From: Rotaria magnacalcarata
Lineage: Eukaryota
DNA: 64,000 nucleotides
Assembly: GCA_965140935.1 (NCBI GenBank)
Contig: CBCSLL010000157.1
Coordinates: 33,416-97,415, forward strand
Direction: 5' to 3'
Below the pieces are notes generated by a model. The model did no database searches, was not told the DNA's origin, and saw only the letters and a list, made by a program, of their open reading frames with translations. Shown here in pieces: positions 50,002-62,247 of the stretch; position 1 is the first letter of the stretch; each line of letters opens with the position of its first letter. A program made the translations under genes and the position numbers.

Positions 50002-53000
50002 GCAAATAATGGCACACGATACGAATCAGATCTATTTATCCTTCAATTACTGTTATTTGATATGTGTTGGAATTGGAAAAACATACGAATAAAAACGATG
50101 GTATTGCCAAGAATAAGCTTTGAAATGATGATGGTAGCTTGAAAGGAAAAAAGGATCCCATTAAAAATTGATTTTGTCACATCATCATCTAACTAGTAAT
50201 AGATGACAATGATTGTTTCACTGCAAAACGAAATCAAATATAATAATTTACCGCATTATCGATATCTTTGAGAATAAGAAACATAAGTGTTCAATGCTAT
50301 TATTATAGTCATTTGTGAAATTTCTATGACAAAGTCGAGCATCGTTCGTCAAATAGGTGTATCAGTAACGAATTAGCTGCTTGATAACCTATTGATCGAT
50401 GCACATAGCGATTGTTTGAGAATTTCGTTTCCATTTTATTTCTTCGTACTATATGCGAACACTTCAATATTTTCTTCATCTAGGGAGCTTTTCATTTTTG
50501 AAAACTTGGAAATCAATCATCATATACAGTTGGAGCTATCACAAAACAAAACGTCGTAGAAACGAGCAAGATTTTAAAAAACCACACGTTATCCTTCGAA
50601 AATGTTTGTTTGAGTTTTTAAACGATATAATATAAATTTGCAAAAGTTGCAGTTCAAAATGGATTTTAATGTCACTTGTATGATTGTGAAGTTCATTGAC
50701 CTTTGAGTTAAGTAAAATTGCTAGCAGAATGCTGTATTTCATCAAAATCATTTGTAATTTAGTTAATAAAATGAACCAATGAATATCAAAGTGAAGTAAT
50801 AGGGTGAATATTGTCTTACAAAGAACAAAATTGTCAATGTTTAATTTTGTTTCTGAACTTCTACCACGTGATGTATATTCTTGTTTTAGAACAATTATAG
50901 AAATACAGTTTTTACAGTTGATATAATAAAGACAAATTCTTTTAGCCAAAGTCACGAATGTGAACCGGCAGTTCTAAACAAAATTCGTTCAGCGTGTGAA
51001 ATTCATAAAAATCAGTCACATTCTGTAGCTTGCCAACAATATTTAATGGACGCGACTCGGCTGCATTAGCAACACTCTTCCACTACTCATAAATGATACT
51101 CACTTTTTATCAATCAACAAAGAATTGAGACATATTTTGATCAACCAAAACAAAAGATCATGACTTTTATACAGTATCGATTTAGGTAATTTATGTATTC
51201 CCCACTAATATACGTATGCAACTGTATATATTCATATTCTATGTTTCGATGTCAATAATCTCTCCAATACAAATCAGACAGCGCTTCAATTACTTCGAAG
51301 CGTCAACGACTTCTATTGTCGATTATTTTTTTAGTAATTTCATTCTTTGATTAAGTTTAATCTTGAAATTATCGTGAATGATTGTCAGACAATAATGAAT
51401 CTTGCAAAATCTGCCAAAGGATGTATAATTGAAAATTGAAAATTTATTTATACAACTTTATATCGAAATAAAATGTTCTTGGAAGCTCTTGTTTTTCGTG
51501 ATTATTTACTCAAAATAGTATTGCATTTAAAAAAGCATGACCCACTAAAAACTTATCAATCTTAGATATGCTACGTTATAGAGCAGATCATACAATACAA
51601 ATTGCAATCGAACTTCAGTACATGCTTGAATACACTGGAGAGTACGTTCAATATATTCCACAAGTTTTATAATATAAAAAACTGACACCCAATTCTTCCA
51701 GCTTTATATCTCTACAGCTCGAGATTGATATATTTAACTTGAGATTATGGTTCGAAACGATAGTCCGATGAGCAACTAAGAATTTATTATCGGAATTAGT
51801 GTAAATGAACTTGAATAATTCTTTAATTTGAAGGCAATGTTAAACGATTTTATTCAATGCTTGATTCTAATCTAATCTATTCATTATCATCGTCCTTTAC
51901 TATGCCGCATAGATATATATACTTTCATGTTTTTATTTTGTAATGAAAATTGGAAAATTCTTCATATTTTCAAAAAACAATTGAACTTTTGTCCAAAATC
52001 TCACAAAAACGATTGTGATTCTCTGTATCGTTGTATTCACTGATCGAAGTATCGATTCCATACAATCTAATAATGAATTGGAAAATTTTTAAGTGAGTCA
52101 ACTTTTCTTGAGATATGATCTCTTCTGATAAAATTTTATTAGACTCAAAAAGATCTCGTCAGAGTATCTGAGTACAATTTAAGTATAGGTTATGAAACTT
52201 CTTTGAATAAGGGACGACAATATTTTTGCAAATTTACTGTATCATCATTTTCCTATTTAGTTTTTACAGTTTTTTCGCATGTCTTTACTGTTCATGTTTT
52301 GCTTTGGATATATCGATAACAACATTTAGTTCCAAATCATAAAAGACTTTAGAGAAAGTTTTAATCGTTGTGTTTTATAAATAACAATATGTTCCAAGCT
52401 AATGTGTAAAAGAAGACCAAAATTTAGAGTAAGGACAACGTAATTTATTCTGTGCCATCCGCTATTGTCTTAGTTTAATTATAATTGCAGGGGGATGTTG
52501 ACTCGCTTCCAAAACTGTAGATAAGAATTGAAACCTAATGTATACATCGACAATGATAGTTCGTAGATTTTCGCTATTACTCTATCAGCTCATTTATATA
52601 ATTGAAACCCGGATCTGATCTATGCTTGATTTTTCAAAAATTGGAAGACAAACCATATAAAATTCTTTCTCTGAATATAATATTTCACATCAAACTATGA
52701 TAAATATCTATCTATTCTACGAACATTCAGACTTGAACTAGAAATTTCTCAAACCAAGACTCTAAGAGCTAGATAAAAGGGTGTGTCCATGATCACGATG
52801 TGTCATTGTCGGTGTTTTTTGCAATTAAATTCTCACTCTGAGAGTCTACTAGTCATACATCATCACATATTAGCTATCGTTAAACTGCCCCTCCTTCCAA
52901 CGATCTCACAGACTAAAATCTGACATTGCACAGTCCCATTCTCATCAGCAGTCTATTATTCTTAAGACGTGTTTTCAAAGCACTATTCACAGGATTACGT

Positions 53001-53787
53001 TTGATTTGCTGCTAGTAATACGAAAAAGAAAATACGAGAATTTAATCTTAGTAAAAACGATCTATATTGATTTGTAACTATTACTCAAAGATAGCAATGT
53101 TTTTTCTTATTTTTTACTTTAATTTATATTCAAAAACATATATATGTTGATAACTATGAAAGAAGCAAGTACAAATGAGTTCAATAACAATAACTAAATC
53201 AATACTAATCAGAACAGAAACTTATTTGATTTAATTCTTAAGCATAGTAAACCAAAAAAAGAATTGTTATTTTAAAAATTCGACTACAATATAAGCTGCT
53301 TATACCATATTTTTAAAATAATGCAGATATACACAATGACCTACATATATCATGCGTTCAAAAATGCTAGCTGTGTATCATAAATCGTTATACAGAAACA
53401 AGATAAAATGTTAAGCTATCAAAATAAACGTTTTCTGAAGTGCAAATTTCAAAGCAATATCACTTCGAAGTTATTTCAATAATTGGAGCAATATTTTCAA
53501 AAGAAAATTGAAGGATTTCATTTTTTTTTACTTTTGATTATTTTCGTATTTATATCAGATCAAATTTCACGAAATCTCTGCCAATCATAAAAATTAGAAC
53601 TATGCTTTTCTTAGCTCTAATCATGAATATACAAGAGCTTATGAGCATCAAGCTCTCAAGTTTCTAATTTGATTTCTGAACATCTATTTAAATACAAGAG
53701 CTTAAATTCGATATTGTCAAACGAGACAAAAAAGGAACAGACAGAAATACACTCATCTCGGACGTGTGCTTTTCAAGACACTAATCG

Positions 53788-54801
53788 ATGAAGTTAATTT
53801 TACTATTGTCGATTGTTGCGATCGCAAGTGTACACTCATGGACATTAGACTATGCTGGCGCTAAACAAATATCATCACCACATTTCAATCGTGGACGCCA
53901 AGGTCAGGCAATCACATGTAAGCATTTTTATTCTTTCGTTATTTTTATTTTTATCCTTATTCTTAACTGTTTCGTGTTAAAATACTATAGGTTTAGTTCT
54001 TCATGGTACCGCCGGCGGTGGCACTATTGAATGGTTTCAAAATCCAACAAGTAAAGTTTCAGCACATTATGTTGTAGGTCAAGACGGATCAGTTACACAG
54101 ATGGTCAGTGAAGATGATACTGCATGGCATAATGGTACGTTTCACTTTTTATCTCCACTACATAACAAATATGTTACTAAAAAAGAAACAACTTTTTCAG
54201 CGATAGTAGTTGAAACTTTTTAATGAATCTTAGCTGTTTTGTAATGGTAAAAATCTAGTTTTTTTCCCGGTACGATTCAATAAAAACTTAAGTAACATTT
54301 TTATTAGTATTGAGCTCATCTTTTCATCGTACATGAGTTCAACAGACTAATTCTCGATAGAAATATGTTTGATGAAAGTACATCGTGTTTTTATGAATTG
54401 AATCATCAACTTAATTTTGAAGATAAGTATATGAACTTGAATTTGTGTATCGATTTAAAAAAAGTTTAAGTAATCAACTCGATTTTTTTCAGAATGCGAA
54501 TTCAGCCTAGAGAATATTAAAATTTCAATTTTCTAAGTCAATCATTCTAGGCGTTGTAACAACAAACTCACAGTTTTATGGTCGCCCAAATCCAAATCTA
54601 TGGTGTATTGGTATTGAATTCAGTCGCAATATACAAAACAATAATGTAATGCCTGAAGTACAAATTCAAGCTGGCATTCGATTAGTTGCTGATATCAAAC
54701 GTCGTTACAAAGGTATTAATATTCATACACACGACCAATTTAGCGTTGGGCGCACATGTCCAGGCCCAAATTTCCCACTTGCTCGATTCAAAAATGCTTA
54801 A
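53788..54801 (+). CDS. AmpD-type N-acetylmuramoyl-L-alanine amidase (Amidase_2 fold) with a eukaryotic signal peptide and two spliceosomal introns
   Basis: Exons 53788-53917, 53991-54134, 54551-54801 (GTAAGC and GTACGT donors, tatag/ttctag acceptors; stop TAA). Signal peptide MKLILLLSIVAIASVHS. Matches to E. coli AmpD: SPHFNRGRQGQ~SPHYDCRP; KVSAHYVVGQDGSVTQMVSEDDTAWHNG~RVSAHCLIRRDGEIVQYVPFDKRAWHAG; NLWCIGIEFSR~NDFSIGIELEG; THDQFSVGRTCPGPNFPLARF~GHCDIAPDRKTDPGPAFDWARF. Confidence 0.8.
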
Positions 54802-55510
54802 ATATCAAGCCTGAATAACTCATCTATTTAATTGTATGCTGCTCTTGTTGTACTTAAATGTTTATTTCATAAATAAATAAATGGAAAAAGTTACCTATGT
54901 AGAGCAATTAGCATTTTAATATCACTTTGCTTGATTTTCTTACATTCATTGTATTCATAATAGAAAAATTAGAGAAGTCAGATTCTGACTCACATCTTCG
55001 ATATTCTTTATTGCAAAAATAGTCGGAACGAAGATTATGTTTTCTATGTGGGATATTGAGTTTTTATGATAAAAAATTGATTTGAAGGTACGTAATAGGA
55101 ACATAAAGACATATGACGAATCTTTAGTTGAAAAGAAACTGTGGATTTTCATAATAAAAATACGTAATCTTTGAGCTAACTTATAATGAATGGAGATACC
55201 TTGAATCATTATGAGTCACGTATCGATGGCAAAATAGCGTAAGAAAGAATCTCACTAAAATCCAACATCACAAAATCAATTAACATAACAGATCAATCAA
55301 TTGAGATGTGGAGTGAAACCGAATGAATTTATTTCTAATTCAATCAGACAATATGAATCTTTATAGAACTCTTACAGCAAAGTTAAATAATCTTGTTATG
55401 GATTTAAAAAAAAGTATACCAATGCAAGTGTTGATTCGGATATAATTACTCGAAACAATAGATAGATCTAATTTTTCTTGTTTAGTAGATCAGAAAATAA
55501 AAATGATGAA

Positions 55511-55864
55511 TTAATATCGATCATGATAACCAGTAAATCTATAAATGTTATTCATATTTGGCTTATGATTACTATAACCATGACGATTTGATTTATTTAC
55601 TATTCTATAGCAGTGTAAGACATTTTTTCCGAGGTTCTCTTTTTCGATTTTCTTAAATTCTTTTTCACCAATTATTTCAGTCAAGAGACTAATATTTACA
55701 TCAGCTAATGGTTGCCAACAAAAACTTGCCATTTCATTATTATATAATGGAGAATATCCAATTTGATTTGTTAATAATACTACTAATTTATCTTTATTTG
55801 TTACAACATTCGCATCTTGATCTGTTTCATTTTTTTGTGGTAAAACTAATAAATTTTTTATCAC
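55511..55864 (-). CDS. ORF immediately 3' of the vWA ORF, in the -1 frame; possible C-terminal continuation if a 1-nt indel is assumed
   Basis: This frame is open from just after the vWA stop (…CLGNRDNSVTFNFTSETIRIVTYKILNAKTLEGFGGLLRKYCPKRCGPVFSEVIKNLLVLPQKNE…HDRY*). One extra T in the ttt run at the vWA stop (gtt tag g) would fuse the two frames. TFNF recurs on both sides of the junction. Confidence 0.3.
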   Translation of the reverse strand: MIKNLLVLPQKNETDQDANVVTNKDKLVVLLTNQIGYSPLYNNEMASFCWQPLADVNISLLTEIIGEKEFKKIEKENLGKNVLHCYRIVNKSNRHGYSNHKPNMNNIYRFTGYHDRY

Positions 55865-56013
55865 TTCAGAAAAAACTGGACCACAACGTTTTGGACAATA
55901 TTTTCTTAATAAACCACCAAAACCTTCTAATGTCTTGGCATTTAAAATCTTGTATGTAACGATACGTATTGTTTCAGATGTAAAATTAAATGTTACGGAG
56001 TTATCACGATTAC

Positions 56014-58482
56014 CTAAACATTAATCATTAAGAAATTAAATGTTGAACGAATTTGAAAAATCTCTTTTTCTTTCATAGAAAATTTACCTTGAATGCTTTC
56101 ATCGATGACAGTCAACACATTTGATTTTGTTACATTTTTTGGTACAGTATGATCGAAATATAAAATCATTAATAATTCCTTTCGTAAATCATCATAATCG
56201 ATAATATTTTCAATATAATTTTCATTCATATCGCAATATTTCAACATATTTTTAATAACAACGGGCACACCGAAACTATTTTCATTATCAATAGTTTTTA
56301 AAATATTTTTAATATATTCAACTTCAGCTTCATGAGTGATTAATTTTCGATCTTTACCTGTGACTGTTTCTGGAATCAATTCGATTGGTTTACACATTTC
56401 ATCATGAAAATACTGAATGAAACTTTTTTCAACAAAATCAGGATCTTGCTGATTTATATCAATACCAATTGTGTCTTGATTACTTGCAACCGTTTTAACT
56501 CTTTGACTTTCATCACCATATAATAATCGTTCGATAATATTAATTTTGTCGGTAGGCAAATTTTGATGTAAATATCGTCGGAGATATTCATAATAGACTG
56601 GCATTAGAATAGTCTTTAAATCGCCTATTAAATATCCAATAATCAATGGAATACTTAAATCATATGTTCCATTTTGTCGTCCATGAATACTGCTAATAAA
56701 ATTTTTCAAGGTTTTTTCACCATACGCACTTTTGAAACCGATGGATTCAGTCACAATAAAATGACAGACTTTTTCGAATTCAGTTATCAAGTTTTTATTT
56801 CTTGTTGTACCAGTACGCAATATAATGATGTCATATAGTAGTTTAAGTAAACCAATTTCTTGTTCTTTATCATAACCATATGAATCTAAAGTAAACATAT
56901 ATCCTAACCAAATACCTTCTAAAATACGTATACGTTTCATGTGTTCATAATTAATATACAGTGGTATTACTGCATTGATTTTTTCATGTAATTGACCAAC
57001 TACACAATAGGTATCATTAATTCCAGCAAACAATCCGTAATTACTATCATCCGCTTGTTGTTGTTGTTGTTGTAATAATTGCTGTTGTGAATTTTTCGTC
57101 AAAGTCATTGCAGCAATAAATGAATCATATGAAATCAAGGTGTTTGACACACTAATCAATTTTAATCCTTTCGTTGGTGATGTAATGGCTTGTTCATTAC
57201 GTTCGATTAATATTCCTAAGCACATGATATTATCCGAAGTTTTTCTCATCATTTCATATATATCATCACTAGAATATGTACAAACCCAGTCAGATTTCTG
57301 TTCTTTTATTTTATTCCAACCTTCTTGATCTATATTTTTTCTATAACCCTCTAATATTCCACTAATATCTGTTTTCCGAAAATAATCAACATTTTTATTA
57401 ATACGTAAATCTAATTTTTTACGTCGCTGTGCATTAGCAAACGTAGCATCGTGTCTTAATGCACTCAGTTTTAATTTGACTTGTTCTGGAACTTGTCCCA
57501 TTTTAATTTGTGTAAATAATTTTGTGTATTCCATCATTCGTTCGTCAATTTCTTTTTTAATTTGCTCTAATTCTAATTTTTCCATAAGATCAGCACTTGC
57601 TGTTGGAATAATTGAATTTAAATATGTACGAATTTGGTGAACGGATTCTTCGTTATCTGGAGAAACTAAAGTTAATGCACGTATAACATGAATTGGGCGA
57701 ATAGGTTGCATAATTTGTAATGGAATTTTTGATTCACCATCCGGCGATTTAAATATAATTTCTTGAATTCTCGTATTATCAATCGTCATATTGTCAATTA
57801 AAAATCCAACTGTTTCTTCATTACTACTTGATGTATACGATTGTCCATTAATAACTATTGTAAATTCTCTAGCCGACATTGCATATTCAAACATATCGTT
57901 GAAATTGCTTTGTAATTCTGCTGATTGAGTTGAATATCGAAATAAACCTTCTTTTGTGCCAAATTTTCGAACTTGATCCAAAAAATTATTATTCACTTCA
58001 CCAAAGCCAATGACATGAAATATAATAATAATTGTTTTTGAGAGTCCACTGATTGATAATTTTAACATTTGAATAGCTCTTTTCAATGCATCTTGTGAAT
58101 CAGTATCTTGACCATCAGTCATAAAAATAAATGTGGTTGATTTTTGATTATTAACTAAATGATTTTGAATAGCAGTAAAGATTGAACTGAAACTAGTACC
58201 ACCATTTGCATCTAAATCTGTGTTCTCAACAGATTTTATTGTTTTTGTCGTGTCTGCCCTTGTATTATAAGTGAACAATGGATATTCAATTTTTGTACGT
58301 TGATAAATATCTTTTAAAACTGCACAAACATTACGAATAGGACTGCCGCTCATTGAGCCTGATACATCTACACAACAGATTATATTTTTGCCAGATGATG
58401 AATCGACTTTTGGTACTTTAACTTCGATGTAATGATGTTCACCACCACCAACAGTAAAAGGAGTTTTGAAATATGTAGCCAT
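56014..58482 (-). CDS. Intronless 822-aa protein with an N-terminal von Willebrand A domain (intact MIDAS motif) and a long uncharacterised C-terminal region
   Basis: MIDAS DxSxS = CCVDVSGSMSGSP; second metal-site motifs TSFSSIF and FMTDGQDTD. No signal peptide. An internal (CAA/TTG)n run encodes QQQLLQQQQQQ (~57054-57080). Longest uninterrupted ORF in the window. Confidence 0.7.
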   Translation of the reverse strand: MATYFKTPFTVGGGEHHYIEVKVPKVDSSSGKNIICCVDVSGSMSGSPIRNVCAVLKDIYQRTKIEYPLFTYNTRADTTKTIKSVENTDLDANGGTSFSSIFTAIQNHLVNNQKSTTFIFMTDGQDTDSQDALKRAIQMLKLSISGLSKTIIIIFHVIGFGEVNNNFLDQVRKFGTKEGLFRYSTQSAELQSNFNDMFEYAMSAREFTIVINGQSYTSSSNEETVGFLIDNMTIDNTRIQEIIFKSPDGESKIPLQIMQPIRPIHVIRALTLVSPDNEESVHQIRTYLNSIIPTASADLMEKLELEQIKKEIDERMMEYTKLFTQIKMGQVPEQVKLKLSALRHDATFANAQRRKKLDLRINKNVDYFRKTDISGILEGYRKNIDQEGWNKIKEQKSDWVCTYSSDDIYEMMRKTSDNIMCLGILIERNEQAITSPTKGLKLISVSNTLISYDSFIAAMTLTKNSQQQLLQQQQQQADDSNYGLFAGINDTYCVVGQLHEKINAVIPLYINYEHMKRIRILEGIWLGYMFTLDSYGYDKEQEIGLLKLLYDIIILRTGTTRNKNLITEFEKVCHFIVTESIGFKSAYGEKTLKNFISSIHGRQNGTYDLSIPLIIGYLIGDLKTILMPVYYEYLRRYLHQNLPTDKINIIERLLYGDESQRVKTVASNQDTIGIDINQQDPDFVEKSFIQYFHDEMCKPIELIPETVTGKDRKLITHEAEVEYIKNILKTIDNENSFGVPVVIKNMLKYCDMNENYIENIIDYDDLRKELLMILYFDHTVPKNVTKSNVLTVIDESIQGKFSMKEKEIFQIRSTFNFLMINV

Positions 58483-60498
58483 TGGTTAAGAAAACCACAA
58501 AAAATAGTTTACAAAATCTAAAGTTAATTTAATTATAAAAAAACTATTCAATCCAATGTACTGTCATCGAGCTTCTAGTGGAAAAAGATCTCTTATTTAA
58601 ATGGATTTATTTTCTGGAGCACTTAGAAAATCTCCAAGATATAATTAAATTGGGTTAAGTTTTCTCTCGTATTATCTCAATTCGTACCAAAAATTATAGA
58701 GTTAACTCATCATAAAATAGAAAATTCTATCAATAACACATCGTTATATGCTACTTGATACTAATTTCATGAACTTCCGAAGAAACCAATTTTTTTCGAA
58801 TATCTGTATTCATAGGTGTTTTAGAGAATACGATAAAATAATAAAGAAATGAGTGACCCTATATATAGAAATACTGATAGCATGTATTAGTTTCTTTGAA
58901 TTTCAATAGTGCGTTTCATACTACAATGCTTATTTAGATATGTAATAGAACAATTATTATATTCTAAACAAAATTAGTGCATCTAAAATGAATAATTTTG
59001 TACTTGCGATTGAAAGAAGTCGTATGTGTTGTGTTTTAATCACACATAGAATTTCTTTAGAAATATATATCATTGAATATTGCACAACATTGGAAAATGT
59101 GCAATGACTGCAAGATGAAATTTCCATATGTGACGCAATACCAAAAGAAAAGCAATAAATAAAAAGAATATGCTTCTGTTTTTATTAGTCTATCATAAAA
59201 CCAATGTTGACAACAGGTATAAATCTAATTAAAAACGAAACAAAATGGTAGAGACCTCGAATTCTTTGAAAAATGACGTAATAGTGAAAAATCCACATAA
59301 CATGTCTTAGTGAAGAGTACAATTTTTAAGTTTCTTTTGTTTTAAGATCTTCATGAAAAAAGCAATAATTTTGACTGTGTACATTTACGAACTCTCTTCA
59401 AATGAAAGAACTATGCGCATCGTCAACATGATGTGTTGCCGATTGTCAGGTTTTCATCAACAATTTGATACGACTCATTATTCTATTCTCATGACGAAGA
59501 CGAATGTATTTCGGAAGATCATTTATTTAAGCTGAATTCATCAGAAAAACAATTTGACAAATCCAATTAGACATATTTCAAAGCATCTTTATATCATATT
59601 TTCTCGTTTTTTTAGATGTCATAAACAAAGTCATCGTTATCGTTTAGTAAATATAAATCTGAAAACTAAGCCCATATAATCGATCTGGCTATTACAAATG
59701 TGTTGAAGTAGTCTCAGAAACGGCCTAGCAGACGATTGTCTCTCAAACTTATTAATTTTCAAATTTTAAATAATTTCAAACATTTCCATAGTATAACATT
59801 TTTTCTTGACTACAGTGAGCAAGTGCAATGCGTCATCTTTTGTTCTCTCCTGAAATAGTCAACTAATATTAATGAGATGATATTGTGCTGCTTCTTAATA
59901 TATATGTAGATCTTAATATACCACCCGAATTTGAAAAAAAAGAATGTTCTCATGTATTTGCTTCATGATTTTTATGAAGCGTAGGTCATTTTGTTTTGGA
60001 TATTTTGACAGTATTCAGTGACGTCTAGCATCACCGAATCAAAGGTGGGTTTGGGTGCAGATGTAGGGTATGAAGTTGGTTTTAAATCGATGGTTTCAAC
60101 GTTTACACCCTATCTTAACGTAATATTTTATATTGTATTCTGAAAATCTCCTTAAAAATCCGCTTTCTATCATACTCCACATTTTGAAAGATAGTTTCTA
60201 TAGTTTCCTACATCAAATTCATAGAGATCAATATTGACCGAAAAATTTGTAACAACTCAATTAAATTCACAAAAAAGCAGTCTGAAATGACGTGTTAACT
60301 ATAGTGTACCAATCATGATCGAATTCCGAATTGAATTATTCGTCAAAATGTGATGTATCTCATCAAGACATGATTCTAAATCAATCAAATCTAATACCAG
60401 TTTTTGTTTGATTTCATAAACATTTTATCATCATCATATGTCTTGAAATACTCAATTCTACAATCTATGGATAATACAAAGGAATATTTTCTCCGTAC

Positions 60499-60740
60499 AA
60501 AGTTTGCTGTCATCTTTTGAAACTACTGTCGTTCCATCTCGTATTGGTTGATCGTTTAACCAAATAGTTGATTTTGCTTTTCTGTCGTCAATTATATAAT
60601 ATCGACATATTTATTAGTGTACTTTATATAATAGAATATCATGATATTCTTCTGCTTCGTTTTATTTGTTTTATTCAACTTCTATAATAACTCTTTGTTT
60701 CATAGGTTACATTATTTACTTCAAAGGTTACAATCAATTG
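60499..60740. repeat. Copy A of a ~240-bp dispersed/duplicated segment lying just upstream of a gene start (copy B at 63160-63360)
   Basis: gtcatcttttgaaactactgtcgttccatctcgtattggttgatcgtttaaccaaatagttgatttt … ataactctttgtttcataggtta is shared with copy B at ~85% identity in direct orientation. Confidence 0.7.
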
Positions 60741-60836
60741 GGCGTTATTCTATTTTTCTATTTTATTTTAAATTTAAATTTAAATTTAAATAGAAGAATA
60801 AAATAGAAGAGAAATAAATAATGTAAAAAAATCGCT

Positions 60837-61646
60837 ATGTGGCACTATATTTATTCTAGATCAGCGATGGAACAAGCTGGCATGCATGTCAATAATTCTA
60901 CGAATGAACACAGAAATAATAATCCGAATCATTTTATTATTTGGCTGGATAAACATATTGGAAAACCTGACGAATGTATTCTATTAAAATGTTCTTTATT
61001 CATGGCAATAGATCCGACAACCGGTTTGTATGAAAAACAACTTAACAAAGATGATATTGATCAGAGTATTCTCTGTGAAGCTAGCCTTCTTGTACGACTC
61101 GATGAGGTTGAATTCATGTTTCAAGCTTTTGAAGATGTAGAGAAATGTTTTCTCACTATTGAAAAAAGTCGTCATAAACGTATCTTTTTTATTACCTCTG
61201 GTTCCAAAGGAAGGATGATTGTACCAAGTCTCATCAAAAATTTTCCAGGTACATTTGTAAAAGATTATTGGATATATATATTTTGTGCAAATATGAATAT
61301 GGCAGCAGTTGCAAATGCTGAACCACCAACCAATACTTGGGCACTCGAGTTTCTAGATCATGTTTTGATGTTTAACCATCAAGATGACTTAATGGCTCGT
61401 ATGGTAGTGGAGATTGGTAATTATTTTTTTACGGAAGCGAAACGTCTGGATACAGATAACCAGTTTGATAGTGCTTATGAGTACTATCGGTGGTCAAAAA
61501 CAATGTATCAACGATATGAAATAATGGAGAATAGAAGAAAGTCTGATAGAATCGAAGAAATTGATCAAAATATCAAGATTATTGAAGAACGACGCCAAGA
61601 GCAAGAAGACAACGAAGACAATCATGTGGGCAAAGCACCTTCTTGA
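60837..61646 (+). CDS. 269-aa protein consisting of the N-terminal domain of a lineage-expanded family whose members usually continue into repeat/effector modules; single ORF
   Basis: Motifs HFIIWLDKHIG, RIFFITSGSKGRMIVPSL, DYWIYIFCAN. I recall this architecture from bdelloid-rotifer-type proteomes; this is memory, not a search. Stop TGA at 61644-61646, and a GTAAGT donor 27 nt downstream is out of frame. Confidence 0.5.
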   Translation: MWHYIYSRSAMEQAGMHVNNSTNEHRNNNPNHFIIWLDKHIGKPDECILLKCSLFMAIDPTTGLYEKQLNKDDIDQSILCEASLLVRLDEVEFMFQAFEDVEKCFLTIEKSRHKRIFFITSGSKGRMIVPSLIKNFPGTFVKDYWIYIFCANMNMAAVANAEPPTNTWALEFLDHVLMFNHQDDLMARMVVEIGNYFFTEAKRLDTDNQFDSAYEYYRWSKTMYQRYEIMENRRKSDRIEEIDQNIKIIEERRQEQEDNEDNHVGKAPS

Positions 61647-62247
61647 AAATTCATTACAAAGTTTGCTTTTATGTAAGTATGTCTTCCAGTTAAATTAAAT
61701 AATCACGGACAAATTTATAGATTTAGATGCATGAAATACTTATCTCACCATATGTGATTTGATTGCTTTGCAACTAAAATTTATTTGGTCATATAAAAAA
61801 TGATGCTTGTGACGATTCTGAAGTTCTAATAGCATATTTCAACGAAAATTTATTAAAAATAAGATTCTTTTAGAATTGTTCATGTCAAAAATGCAACCAA
61901 ATTTGAGACGGGAGACATTCATGTTAAATCACACTCAAATCTTCCCAATTTGGGCTTGCATCATTACAGTCGTATCTTCTAAAAGATGATTCTTCTTGTA
62001 GAAACAATAAGAAAACTTCAATGATCTAAATTGACTTGTGACGTCTTTGTAAACAAGAGAGAATTACAAAGAAATAGCATGGCAACTACAACTGTCCCAC
62101 TCCATTGTTTTTGTTTCATTTGTTTCTCATTCGTTCTTATTCAAAAAGCTTCAGTATTTTTTGTTGATTCTCCTATTTTGTAAACCTCTTATATGTCTTT
62201 TGGTTTCAACGATCACTTTCCGCCGAAACAGTTGTCGTTATTCTTAA

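Noticed and set aside
50539-50955. 138-aa minus-strand ORF
   Set aside because: Leu/Ile/Phe-rich reading of AT-rich sequence, with no start context, splice signals or motif.
57054-57080. (TTG/CAA)n run inside the vWA ORF considered as an independent microsatellite feature
   Set aside because: It is in frame and simply encodes a poly-Gln stretch (QQQLLQQQQQQ) of the protein, so it is not a separate element.
60041-60120. GC-richer segment ggtgggtttgggtgcagatgtagggtatgaag… considered as a tRNA
   Set aside because: No cloverleaf can be drawn: no conserved A/B-box spacing, and no acceptor-stem complementarity between the two ends.
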